Positions 1-16,487 of a stretch of 64,000 nucleotides of DNA are shown in pieces. Origin of the DNA: the human T2T-CHM13v2.0 reference genome, Homo sapiens; NCBI RefSeq assembly GCF_009914755.1, contig NC_060926.1; one strand, given 5' to 3'. The notes under the pieces are model-generated. The model did no database searches, was not told the DNA's origin, and was given only the letters and a program-made list of their open reading frames with translations. Position numbers and translations under genes: made by a program. How positions within the stretch are numbered: the stretch's first letter is position 1; the number at the start of each line of letters is the position of its first letter.

Positions 1-323
1 GATTCTGCTGTTAGGACTAGTTAATTCAGATGATTCTTACCTAGAGTTTAAAACAGTCCCCAGTGGTAGCAAACTTAAATATTAAAATCAGCCATGGGGA
101 GGGAGGCTTAAGCCATTGCTTGCCTTGCATAATTAAAGGCAAGTCTTGTAGAGCTGAGAGTACAGTGCAGGTGTTTGTCTTTTGTCTTTTTTCTCTATAT
201 ATACATGTATATATGCCCACACACGTTTGCGCATTTAGGTTACATACATAATTACAACTTACGGAATTTTTGTTTATCAAAACTCACAAGGTCCTCTTAA
301 AAATTTAGCTAGAAAGACTTGTG

Positions 324-560
324 GGCTGGATACAGTGGCTCACGTCTATAATCCTAGCCCTTTGTAAGGCAGAAGTGAGAGAACTGCTTGAGGCCAGGAG
401 TTTGAGACCAGCTTGGGTGACAAAGCAAGACACCCTCTCTACAAAAAATTTTGTGAAATGGCCAGCTGTGGTGGCACACACCTGTAGCCTAGGCTACTTG
501 GGAGGCTGAGGCAGGAGAATCCCTTGAGTCCAGGAGCTAAAAGTTACAGTGAGCTGTCTT
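324..560 (+). mobile_element. Old Alu with 3' deletion
   Basis: GGCTGGATACAGTGGCTCAC start, both arms partly present. Confidence 0.85.
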
Positions 561-599
561 CAAAATAAATATAGAAATTGTATTATGTCTTTTCCACAG

Positions 600-668
600 G
601 ATACCACAGCTGTGCCTTATGTGTTTCAAGATGATCCTTACCTTATGCCAGCATCATCTTTGGAATCT
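600..668 (+). CDS. PTCD3: PTCD3 (mS39) coding exon, [23 protein letters not shown]; first exon in window, gene starts upstream
   Basis: ttccacAG|G...TCT|GTgagt; translation matches PTCD3 as I recall it; frame continuous with next exons. Confidence 0.95.
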
Positions 669-1124
669 GTGAGTATTTTCATATAATTTTCTAGTGTTTT
701 ATCTCTCTGGTTTGCGTACAACAGTACATAAATAATTTAGTTGTAATAACCTGGGAAAGGTTTACAAATGCTGAGAAATTGATAGACTATGTGAATCCTT
801 TACTACTTTCTTCAAAAAGATGTACATATCGTCAATGGGGAAAGGATTTTTGGTTTTGGTTTCTAATACTTAGGGCTTTTTCACACTGGAGTGACCCACT
901 CAGTTTAAATGGCTTGCTTTTTATATATTTCAAGCTGTGTATAAGATGCTAACTGAAATTATATCACAGTAGAAAAGGTGGGATAGTCTATAATTTCTAA
1001 TTGGGATTCTGCGTGTTGTTGCATTTGTTTTTTTTTGTGAGGGGGGAGAAATTCTTGCTGAGAGTGTAACTATAATCTTGCTTGAGTTTAAATTACATGT
1101 ATTTAAATCTTTTTCTTTATATAG

Positions 1125-1229
1125 CGTTCATTTTTACTGGCAAAGAAATCCGGGGAGAATGTGGCCAAGTTTATTATTAATTCATACCCCAAATATTTTC
1201 AGAAGGACATAGCTGAACCTCATATACCG
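1125..1229 (+). CDS. PTCD3: PTCD3 coding exon RSFLLAKK...AEPHIP
   Basis: atAG|CGT...CCG|GTaagg, 105 nt. Confidence 0.95.
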
Positions 1230-1524
1230 GTAAGGAGAGGTAGTTACATTATTTACATAATACTATTTTAAATGTAAATTAAACCAGGCTTTCATGGCTA
1301 ATATTTCAGTAGCCATTTGAATACCCTCAATATTTGGATGATAAGCCTTTTAAAGTGTGGAGTTAGCTTTGATCACAAGACTAACTTTAAAATTCTTTCT
1401 GTATTTATTTGCTCTTCATCTTAATATTTTCCCCATTTGATTTTTGTGACACCATGCTCTTAGGTCTTTAATTCTATGACTGAAGTTTCCTTCACTACCT
1501 CTCTATACACATCTTTCTCTTCCT

Positions 1525-2144
<620 letters not shown>

Positions 2145-2990
2145 TTGATCCACTTCTTAAGCATGGGTATCTTTCTTAGATTTTTATGCTCATTTTCTCT
2201 TTTTATTGTGTATACTCTTCTGTTTCAGTGACGCTTATAATCCATTTGGTACTCTTTTGTATATCTAGCCTAGATCCCTTTACTTTGAACTCCACATTGT
2301 ATTTCCAGCTCCCTCTTTGTTCTGTAGTTTTGGAGTGAGGATTTATGCAGTGTGGTGGGTATTGTGCTTAGTGCTTGTCCATACAGTGGTGAGCAAAACA
2401 GATGCGCCTCTGCCCTCCTGAGTTTGTTGGTGGAAGTACTAATCTCAGACTCATCATATCTAAACTGCTCCCATATCCCTACGTCTCTCTGCTTCCCAAA
2501 GCTCACAGGGAAACACACACTTCTTGTTTTCATAGTAGAACTTGCACATAGATGAGGAAGCCAGTGTGATTGTGTAAGTCAAAATATTAAAATCCTAAAC
2601 TAAGACAGTGTCTTTCTCCATTAGATTGTGAGCACCCTGAAGGTAGAGAATGCCTTTCGTCTCTGTATCCCCAGTGCCAAGCTTAATGTCTGGGGTAAAA
2701 TAGTAGGCATTCAGAAAGTATTTGAATAAGTTAGTGAATGAGGTAAAATCAGCATACCTTGGGTAGTATTAAATGTTTAGATGATACACAGCATTAGAGA
2801 TGAAAGGTTTAGTTCAATTCCCTGTGAAGACAGTGATGTTAAAATGATCAGTAGTATCTGGTGCAGGAAACATGAATTGGAGCAGTGAAGTTTTACTTTG
2901 GTATGTTGGTGATAAAAGTTTTGTCCTACTCAGTTATCCTTCCCTCACCTTTACCTGTTTGTAGTAACTTTAGTCATCTTGTTTTCCTAG

Positions 2991-3119
<129 letters not shown>

Positions 3120-3427
3120 TGAGTTCGATTAAAGCCCCTCTAATAACATGGGCTTTGAAGTGGGCCCAAGTTATATGATTCATATATTTTGAGTAAGAGT
3201 TACAGGTCCTGCTGTACTTACTCTGCTTTGATGGCTGCGTGCTTTATATTTTTAATAGTTTATTTCATTTTTAGCTTTAGTGTTACTTAAGAATTACAGG
3301 CGAAGTAGAATTGCAGCTTTGTTGGTTTATTGTAGCACTGGTAGAGAAATTGTATCACCCTTCTACCTTAGCTTCTGTTTTTAATGTTAGGTAGGTATGC
3401 AGTGCTCCCAGATTTCCTGTACCCTTT

Positions 3428-3725
3428 TCCTTTTTTTTTTTTTGAGATGGAGTCTTGCTCTGTCGCCCAGGCTGGAGTGCAGTGGCGCAATCTCGGCTGA
3501 CTGCAAGCTCCGCCTCCCAGGTTCATGCCATTCTCCCTCCTCAGCCTCCTGAGTAGCTGGGACTACATGCACCCACCACCACGCCCAGCTAACTTTTTTG
3601 TGTTTTTAATAGAGGCGGGGTTTCACCATGTAGCCAGGATGGTCTCGATCTCCTGACCTCGTGATCCACCCACCTCGGCCTCCGTAAGTACTGTGATTAC
3701 AGGCGTGAGCCACCGCGCCCAGCTT
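3428..3725 (-). mobile_element. AluY-like
   Basis: TGCAAGCTCCGCC and GCCATTCTCC diagnostics. Confidence 0.9.
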
Positions 3726-4681
3726 TCCTAGACTCTTTAAGGATGTTTGGAAGATTGGGCCACAACACACAAGAAAGAAATACGTAAAAAGGAAAGCACA
3801 CTCAACTAGGATCAGGGGCTTTGATGCTGGTGCCATCTGTGTCACTAATTGTTCTTAGCATTCAAAAAGTTACTTAATTTCTCAAAACTTCTAGCTCTAA
3901 AATTGTGTGGTTCTCTGAATTGGAGCTGGATGTAAACTTGCGGAGCTACACACGTAAATAGCACAGCTGATAAGTCAACATGAAAATCTACATATAGCAA
4001 CATCAGAAGCAGCTGGCATTAAGTTTTTAGAATCTAGAGTGCTATTTGGTGATTTAGAATAAACATGGAAGTGGTGGAAACTGGACTGAATCATTATACA
4101 CTTGAACACAAGAAACATTTGCAGAAAGCTATGTTTGAGAATTTTGGTGTGTGGCTTGGTACAGCATCAGATGTATGGCTGAGTGATGGCAATAGATTGT
4201 AATTTAGTGAGGCGCTTCCCTCTGCTTGTTAATATGATCGGCATCTGGTGTGAGTCTGCATTGAAGTTCTTAGTGCTAAGGCTTGTCTTTTTCTAGTTTT
4301 ACCCCCTTTATTGGATAGGTGTGTGCAGTCCTTCAGTAAAGACAGGTGTCAGACCCATAGCTCAGTAACAAAGTGAGCTAACATACCAGGGAAAGGATCC
4401 TAGAACATTTCATTGTCAGGCCCCTAATAAGTGCAAAACACTGTGCTAGCCATTTCACATACTTAATTCTACAATACCTTATTCATTGGTGTGTTTTATA
4501 ATAATCTTATGAAGGTAATTATTAGGTAATTTTTCCAGGGTCTCATAGCTTTGAGATAGTGTGAACCAGTTGCTTCTCCATAGCCTGTACCCTCTGCCCT
4601 GCTTTCTCTTCTGGACTTTTTACATTTCCTGATGGGCATTTTAAATTTATCAATGTATTTTGTTTAGAAAGATAATTTATT

Positions 4682-4970
<289 letters not shown>

Positions 4971-5489
4971 GATACATTTACTTTTCTTATAAGATAGCAG
5001 ATTATATCTCATACTTGTCTTCCTCCTATTCCCTTTTTAGCCTTTTTAATGAGTGTCAAGATGGGGACATAATGTTTTGAACAATTTTTAAGAGACTACT
5101 ATAGTTCGACAATTATGCTAGTATTTCTAGGCAAGTTTTCAGTGAGTATCTGGATCCAAATGGAATAATTCTACTTGCATTTGTTCAAATGCACCTGGGC
5201 TGGGGGAACTAAGTGGGGATAGTTTGCAGTGTGTTCAGTTTGGTGATGATAATTAAAACCATGAAGTAGTTTGAGGATAATGAGTACATAAAATAAGTGA
5301 GCACAGGCCCAAACTTCATCTTGTGTTCCAATCTTCTACGTCAAATTACATGGTTAATAGGGGTTATGTCCCTGTCTACGTCACTTCAGGTGTTTAAGTT
5401 GACGTTGAGTGCATAAAGTAGTGGACAACATTAAGTGTGTAGCCCTGAAGACCACCGCTAATATAAAAAAATGACACATTTTAACCTAA

Positions 5490-5894
<405 letters not shown>

Positions 5895-6496
5895 TAAGGC
5901 AAAGCATTGATCAGAAATGTTTGGGCTGGCCTGTGCCACTTAGAGTAATAACATGATGTATTCTGGCCAGGGAAAGACTCCGTGGCCTGGGCCCCCTCAA
6001 AAATTCATACGTGGACTTAGAGGAGAGAACACACTAGGCTGGAGACAGAACAGTAGTGTGCCGGGGCCCGCCTGTAAGTTGAGTCATAGCCTCTCTCTCG
6101 ACTCGCGAATTTTACTTCTAGAACTAGGTCTCAAGAAATCCTTTGGATCAGTCAAATAGAGATGCTCATGTGACATTTTTCATGAGGAGGTATTTATACT
6201 TGCAAAAATGTTGAAAACAATCTAGATGTCCAACAGTAGATGATCAAATGATGATAAAAGTTGTGTGGCCATTGAGCACATTAGAGTAGATGTGTTTGGG
6301 TATGGAAACATTCATCCAATAAGTGGGAAGCAGGCTATCAGCAGTATATATTCCATTTTTGTAAAAATGTTTTTACAAATGCATACAAAAAAATCATTTA
6401 AAAAGTGTTTCTGGGTGATGGGATTATTGGTGTTTTTCTTCGTTTCTATCTTTTCTACTCTTTGCCCAACTAAATGTGGATTTCTTGTTTCCCCCT

Positions 6497-6779
6497 CAGA
6501 GACAGGGTCTCACTCTGTCACCTAGGGTGGAGTGCAGTGATGCTATCATAGCTTACTGCAGCCTTTAACTCCTGAGCTCAAGTGTTCCTCCTTCCTCATT
6601 CTCCCAAATAGCTGGGACCACAAGTGTGGGCCACCATGTCTGGCTAGTTTTTTTGGGGTGGGGAGGGCGGGTAGACATAGGGTCTTGCTGTAGTGCCCAG
6701 GATGGTGTCTTCAACTCTGGGGCTCAGGTGATCCTTCAGTCTCCTAAAGTTTTGGGATTACTGACCACTGCACCTGGCC
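6497..6779 (-). mobile_element. Diverged Alu
   Basis: GAGACAGGGTCTCACTCTGTC...CCTGGCC. Confidence 0.85.
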
Positions 6780-7045
6780 AAATGTGGATTATTTATGTAG
6801 AGAACTTTACATTTTTAAAAGTGCATAGGCAGTAGGTTGCAGTTAAACCTTGCTTTCCAGAGTATCACTTCCTGAAGCCCTGCTCTGGTTGGCCCTCTGC
6901 CTCTCCAGCCCCAGCTCTTGAGGCAGCAGGCTACAGAGCCAACACTGACCTCTGCAATGCCAACCAAGCCTGTATTGCTCTACGTCAGCCTCATCCCAGA
7001 CCTTGGTTTATAAATAAAGACAAGATTTATTCTTGTAAGAAGTCT

Positions 7046-7382
<337 letters not shown>

Positions 7383-7767
7383 CTATATGTTGTTTATCTT
7401 GCTTTCACCCTAATTATGACAGTTTATCTGTATGGATCAAGCCAGATGTAGTCTCTGAGCAAATAGGCTGTGTTGTTTGGTTTTCCTCTTTCTGTCTGAG
7501 GACCAGGCCATACAGGGAACTGGCTTCATCTTGTCTCCACGCTGTCACTTGTTGCTTTGAGAGTCAACTTGGCCTTTCATCTGATTTGCACTTAAGAAAT
7601 TAACTGTGTAGGTGTAAGCGTAACTGGGCTTCCTCTTTGCCTTCTGCTGGATCTATGTTTCCTTTATTTTTCTGAGTTCCCTTTGCCTTTCTGATTTTGA
7701 GTAGTCTGACTGGGAAATGCATTCCATTGCCTTAACTTTTATTTCTTTTGATGATTATTCATTTCAG

Positions 7768-7829
7768 GAAGAGGAAAATGATGAGACATCTAGGAGGAAA
7801 GCTGGTCATCAGTTTGGAGTTACATGGCG
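7768..7829 (+). CDS. PTCD3: PTCD3 coding exon [21 protein letters not shown]
   Basis: tttcAG|GAA...GGCG|GTatgt, 62 nt. Confidence 0.93.
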
Positions 7830-8409
7830 GTATGTCACACGTAATTAGAACCTTGAATTACAGTGTCTTACAGTGCATGGAATATGCCCCATCACCCTGT
7901 GAAGATGTTTTCTTGTGATGTTCTAAAATAATTGATTTTTATTGTGCAATATAAATTTCACTATTTGTATTCATACACATTTAGACCGTTTTTCAATAAG
8001 GTCTTTATCTCCATTCAACAACACAAGAATCTGTTGAGACTTTGACCCTTTTTTTTCCCTCATCTGTTTAACTCAGCATAACTTTCATATGGTATGGTTC
8101 CTTTGGTAGTTTCATTAACAGTGCTACCTTGGAATATATACCTCTAATTCTGAAAGATTTAATACTTTTGTTTACTAAAAATACCATGGACACTAGAGTG
8201 TACTGCTAAATTAAGACCACTGACAACATGTAGACATACACAGCAGTTTGAATGAAAGGTAATAACTTAATTATATTGGAGAATTAGCTGGGTGTCTAAA
8301 AGGAAGACACTTCATGTGAATGTCTGGAGAGGGAAAGCTACCATGATTATCTAAAATTGTTATTGAAGTGATGAATTTGATAGGATGAAAGATTAAATTC
8401 CTTGGGGTA

Positions 8410-8638
8410 GGCTGGACGCAGTGCCTCACACCTGTAATCCTGGTGCCGTGGGAGGCCGAGGCAGGTGGATCACTTGAGGTCAGGGGTTTGAGACCAGCCT
8501 GGCCAACATGGTGAAACCTCATCTCTACTAAAAATACAACAATTAGCTAGGCGTGGTGGCACGTGCCTGTAATTCCAGCTACTCGAGAGGTGGAGGCAGG
8601 AGAATCACTTAAACCCAGGAGGTGGAGGTTATGGAATG
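8410..8638 (+). mobile_element. Alu lacking 3' end and poly(A)
   Basis: Similarity breaks off after GGAGGTT. Confidence 0.88.
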
Positions 8639-8844
8639 AGAGAAGAGTTAAAAGTACATATGCTAGAATATGACCAGAAGGATCCAAAAGAAACCGTTTT
8701 GCCTCTGGGAAGTAGTATCTGAAGATTGAAGAAAGGTGAGGAAACTTTACTAGGGACTTTGTCATACAGTTGCTTCTTGTTTTTAATAGCACAGATATTT
8801 ATATACTTGTTTATAAACTTTTCATTTTCAATTGTAATTCTGCC

Positions 8845-9008
8845 ACTTAACCTGCGAAGCCCTGACAACACATTAAGATCGTTAAGTCTTGATTTTCCCC
8901 ATTTTCAAAATGATAATAACCATAATACCCTGTAAGAATTGAGATAATGTATATAAAGTACTTGGCACATTGCCTAGAACATAATAAACCGTCAGTAAAT
9001 GGTGGTAG
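8845..9008 (+). mobile_element. MIR
   Basis: TTTTCCCCATTTTCAAAATG...GAGATAATGTATATAAAGTACTTGGCAC core. Confidence 0.65.
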
Positions 9009-9061
9009 CTCTCATTGGTATTTCTTATTGCCTGGGTTCACATTTACTCTCTTGTGTCTAG

Positions 9062-9149
9062 AGCAAAAAACAACGCTGAGAGAATCTTTTCTCTAATGCC
9101 AGAGAAAAATGAACATTCCTATTGCACAATGATCCGAGGAATGGTGAAG
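9062..9149 (+). CDS. PTCD3: PTCD3 coding exon AKNNAERIF...MIRGMVK (PPR motif)
   Basis: gtctAG|A...AAG|GTacat; overlaps ORF 9015..9236. Confidence 0.95.
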
Positions 9150-9191
9150 GTACATTTGTTTTATTTATTTTTGTCTTTCATTTCCACCGAT

Positions 9192-9365
9192 CAGGGTGTT
9201 TCAGCCTCAGAACTACTAACATTTTGGGTCAGGTAATTTGTTGTGGGGTCTGTCCTGTGCATTGTAGGATGTTAGTAGCTCCCTGGCTTCTACCCACTGG
9301 ATGTGAGTAGTGTACTCCTCCCCCACTTTCAGTTGTGACAAATAAAAATATGTTTAGGCATTACC
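9192..9365. mobile_element. MER20 (partial)
   Basis: CTGTCCTGTGCATTGTAGGATGTT...CTACCCACTGGATG...GTTGTGACAA motifs. Confidence 0.7.
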
Positions 9366-9521
9366 AGTGGATAGAAAATCCCACTGCACTAGAGTATGAG
9401 CTTCATGAGAACAGGAGCCTGATCTATTGAGCCTGAGCTATATTACCAAACTCTAGGACAGAAATGTGCAAGGACTTCTTAAGTAAATGAATTTGATGAT
9501 GCTTAATTTTTCCTTTTCCAG

Positions 9522-9582
9522 CACCGAGCTTATGAGCAGGCATTAAACTTGTACACTGAGTTACTAAACAACAGACTCCATG
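9522..9582 (+). CDS. PTCD3: PTCD3 coding exon [20 protein letters not shown]
   Basis: ttccAG|CAC...CATG|GTgagt, 61 nt. Confidence 0.95.
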
Positions 9583-9861
9583 GTGAGTTTGAGAACTCCC
9601 CTCTGTCCCTTTCTCCATTTCCTTCTTTTAATTGTCTGTGTGAAGGCTTTGGATCGTGCCTCAGTCATTGGCCTACACTTTACCTTTTCCTGAGGCGTAG
9701 ATGATTGAAGCAAGAGTAGAGATCCAGAAAGGAGAGTAGTTTTCCAGTTTTGTGGACATGTGATTAGTTAAGGGACACATAGGAATGACTGCTTTGCCTT
9801 AAACTCAGCCATTTAGGGATTAATCTTCAACCCCAAATTTTATCATTTTATTATTTTACAG

Positions 9862-9947
9862 CTGATGTATACACATTTAATGCATTGATTGAAGCAACAG
9901 TATGTGCGATAAATGAGAAATTTGAGGAAAAATGGAGTAAAATACTG
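9862..9947 (+). CDS. PTCD3: PTCD3 coding exon [12 protein letters not shown]...WSKIL (PPR motif)
   Basis: ttacAG|CT...CTG|GTaagg, 86 nt. Confidence 0.95.
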
Positions 9948-9986
9948 GTAAGGAGGAATCCTCAGTTTATTTTTTAATAGGGCTTA

Positions 9987-10920
<934 letters not shown>

Positions 10921-11227
10921 CAACCACTTTTTTATATCATACTAGTCTATTATTTTTGCGTCTTTTCTTGGAAAACTCTCCTAGGTAGAAGACTGAAGAC
11001 AGTTGACCACCTCTATCAAGTGGGGTGGGTGTTTGAATTAGCAGGCTTCTTTAAAAGGCAGAATCATGGAACCTGCTAATTAATAAACAGTTCTTAAAAG
11101 AGGGATATAGTTACTAACCTGCTTTAAACATAAGCAAGAAAGCTAAATTCTTTACTTTGTATGAAACATAGATTATTGGACAGATTACCCAGGCATGAAA
11201 GATACTTCTTGTTTTTTATTCACCTAG

Positions 11228-11437
<210 letters not shown>

Positions 11438-12007
11438 TAAGCAAAGAGCTTTAAATTATTCTTGTGCTTACATAATATGTTGGAAATTTTCTTTCCATGT
11501 TTGGCACATTTACTTACATGTACTTATTATAGTGGGAGTGCCTTTATCATCTTAGTGTTCATTAGTATTTTAGGTACTTTGTTTATGGATCTGTTGAATC
11601 TGAGGAGAAGTGATTGCTTTGAGTTAGCTAGTTTTAAATTCATGACACTTTCCCAACATAATTAGGTATTTGAACCTAAGTGTGTGCTAGTGTATTGTAT
11701 ATTTTTCATTAATTACTTTATTGAAAGTTGCTTTGGGAATCAATTCACTTCAATATATTTTACTGTTCTCAGTGAAGAATGTGACTAATAAGTATTTGGA
11801 CTTTCAAAAAGTGATACAGTCTTTGTGATAGTTTTTTACCTTTACATTAATGAGTTGGAAAATAACTTTGTTCAAAGGAATAGAAATGCATATTTTGCTT
11901 AAATATTAACAATATGTTTTTAATTCAGTGTGTCTCAGTAAACTATGTTTTGGATTGCTGTGTTTTTACCTCATTGTTTATTTTTTCTGTCTACCTGGTA
12001 ATTTGAG

Positions 12008-12058
12008 AACCCTCGCTTGCAACATATCACCATATTATTCGCCTGTTTGATCAACCTG
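12008..12058 (+). CDS. PTCD3: PTCD3 coding exon EPSLATYHHIIRLFDQP (GAG acceptor)
   Basis: tttgAG|AA...CCTG|GTatgt, 51 nt; translation fits PPR continuation. Confidence 0.9.
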
Positions 12059-12513
12059 GTATGTATGGCCTTAAATTGTGTTAATTTATATAGAAAATTG
12101 ACCAGCTTTCTTGAGTTTATGTGATTAATTGTTGTAGTTATCTTCTCTGCATATGAATTAAGAAGAGAGAATTTGTAAATTAACCTGTACAGCCTGAGCA
12201 GAAAGTTGTGGTTTTTTTAGATACAGGATCTTGCCCATTGCAGCCTTGAACTCCTGGGCTCAAACAGTCCTCCCTCCTCAGCCTCCTGAGTAGTTAGGAT
12301 TACAGATGCCCACCAGCATGCCTAGCTGATTTTTTTTTTTTTTTTTTGGACAGGGTCTTACTACCTAAAATTATTCTTGAGGGTAGCAATCTTGTTTGTG
12401 GTCTAAAACTTGAGCTGGAGGGGAGAGGGTTATGGATTGTACTGGCAGTGATGTTGTACAAACAGGAATTGGGTAGAATATATTTTGGTTGAAATTCCTT
12501 TTGTTCTCTGGAG

Positions 12514-12690
12514 CTGTGCTATTTAACACCATAGCCACTAGCCACATGTGGCCAGTTAATTAAAATTAAGTAAAATAATAAATTATTTTGTCACATTGGT
12601 GCTCAGTAGCCATGTGTCTAGTGGCTACCATGTGTCGTGATGCAGATTCAGAACATTTCCATCTTTGCCAAAAGTTTGTGGACGTTTCTG
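12514..12690. mobile_element. MER3-like hAT-Charlie element
   Basis: TAGCCACTAGCCACATGTGG motifs; 8-bp TSD-like ctctggag/ctccagag. Confidence 0.7.
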
Positions 12691-13447
12691 CTCCAGAGGA
12701 AAGGTAAACTTATTGTGAAGCGTTTTGGGAGGACCTCAAGGCTCCATGCGTTGTCCACTTTTAGGTCAGTTCCAGTGGGAGCTCTGCTCTGTAGTAGATG
12801 GACTTTGAAGAGAGACACACCTGAGCTGAGATGTCCACTCTACCATTTATTTACCAGCTATGTCAAAGCGACTAGATACCTACCTGAGGAATAGCAGCAG
12901 GGTGTGGTAGTTAAATGAGTTCCACACTGTGTCTGCTACTGTGCTTGGAGGGCACATATGAGGCACTCAAAATCTTTTGGTTCTTGTCCATTATCCCCAG
13001 CCTGAGAAATAACCCTTGAGTTCAGAATTGACAGTTCTAGTCATTCTTTCTTGTGGATAGACTATAAAAATTACAGAAGGGAAGTTGTTTCTCTCTGGTT
13101 TGGAGGACTAATTTTGTAAAATCCATATCCTCACCTGTATAGGCAAATTTTATCTTTAGGAAAAGGAACCAGTTAATTGACTATACCTTGGAAACAGGTA
13201 AACAGTTTCCATAATTGTGTCCCCTAAAATTTTACTCAACCTTGGTGAGATTGTGATGGAGCTAGTATTTCTGACTCCAAAGTATATTCCTTTCCTCTGT
13301 AACTCTCATCACTGGTTCAATTGCTAATCAAAGTCAGATGTACTTACATTTCCTAAGTAACAGCCAGGACTGGGGGATGGGGGTTCTGGGGGAGCTGTGT
13401 TGGTTTGTCTTATGTATATAAATTTGCCTGTCTGCAGCAGTAGTTTT

Positions 13448-14431
<984 letters not shown>

Positions 14432-14685
14432 CTACTTCAGTAAGTCAGGCTTCATGTGAAGAGACTAAAGGAAGGAGAAAGTCTCAGTGGAGCACATGAA
14501 CAGAGACCTGTGATTATTCCAGATTTTACAGAGAATTGCTCTCTGCAGGGTATAGTGGTTCCTTTAGCAAGCATTGGCCTCCACCCAGATCTATGCGAGG
14601 ACTTAGGCTGGAGGTGGAGGAAGGAGAAATGTGTCCCTTTGTATTAGGTACAGTGAGTTTGGTGGTGGTAAAGGAAGTGGATTAA

Positions 14686-14856
<171 letters not shown>

Positions 14857-15140
14857 TGAGTACCAGTTAGAGGCCTTGTGATCCCTATAGCTTAGAAGTA
14901 TTTTTTTTTTTTTTTAAATAAATTTGAGTACATAGTAGGTGTATATAGCTTAGTAATATTTGCCATGGTCTTTCTGAGAAAGCCAAAATTGTGGTACATT
15001 CCTGCCTCTCTTAAGTTTTTATGTTCTTAGCTTTATCTTGCATGTTACCAGTTTTGTTGGCAGGATTTTTGTTAATGTTACTGACTTGAAAATATATTTT
15101 ATCCATTGTAACCAAAGCTCTTGTGAACTTTGATTTTCAG

Positions 15141-15169
15141 ATAAGTTTTTTCAGTCAGCCATGAGCATA
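15141..15169 (+). CDS. PTCD3: PTCD3 29-nt coding exon DKFFQSAMSI
   Basis: tttcAG|AT...ATA|GTaagt. Confidence 0.92.
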
Positions 15170-15311
15170 GTAAGTATCATTTCTTTATTAATTTGCTATC
15201 CATTTCCTAAATTTATCTGTAACTGGAGGGTTCTCCCTGGTTCTTTTCACTTTCTAACTCTTCTGTTCATGTCTTTGCTTCTGTTTTTTCTTCTTTCTCT
15301 AAAATCTATAA

Positions 15312-15578
<267 letters not shown>

Positions 15579-15813
15579 TAAAATCTGTACTTTTCAATCA
15601 CATACTATCCCTACCCTTTGTTTATTGTTTACATTGACATTTTTCATGCCCCTGAACAGATAAGCTTCCATAATATTTCAGATTTGCCTATTAGTAAGTT
15701 AAAATTGATAATGGTTTTTATTTTAGTTTATGTAATCATGCTTATCATAGGAAAAATTTCAGGCAGTTTTAGGATGAACCTTGTTCCCTAAGGGTAATTT
15801 AATTGCTTTACTA

Positions 15814-15930
15814 TTAGATTGGTGCAAAAGTAATTGTGGCCTTTGCCATTACTTTCCATGGCAAAAACCGCAATTACAAAAGCCGCTACTTTCAATAGCA
15901 AAAACCACAATTACTTTTGCACCAACCTAG
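15814..15930. mobile_element. MADE1 (Hsmar1-derived MITE) with internal duplication
   Basis: TTAGATTGGTGCAAAAGTAATTG ... CAATTACTTTTGCACCAACCTAG TIRs, TA on both sides. Confidence 0.9.
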
Positions 15931-16356
15931 TATTTAGTGTGGATCCTCACAAGGTTTTTACTCTGGGTACTCAAGCGTATGTATATCCAGGCATACTTTC
16001 AGGGTGTTTTATTTGTTGGCAGCAATCAGTATTTCATAGTAAGAACCATAACTTAACTTTCCTGTGGGTAGATTTTGGAGTTATTTCATGGAGATTTTTA
16101 CTAGTCCAGACTCTGCAGTGCAGGTGTCTTTTGTGCACTTGACCAGGTGTTGTTATAGGATTAATTTTTAATGGTATAATTGCTTAATTAAAATAATATT
16201 GTAATAAATTTCACAGAACTTGGGATTTGTCTCCCCCCCATTTCTTATAACTTACTTGCTGTCAACCAATAATATGTTGAATCAACATTATTTTCACAAG
16301 ACACTCTACTGTTGTTATTTATTTGTGAACCACTGGCTGACAGGTTATCAGAGTGA

Positions 16357-16487
<131 letters not shown>

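Noticed and set aside
13369-13392. G-rich run, also GGGAAGGGGAAGGGG near 23904
   Set aside because: Only three full G-tracts each, so weak G-quadruplex candidates.
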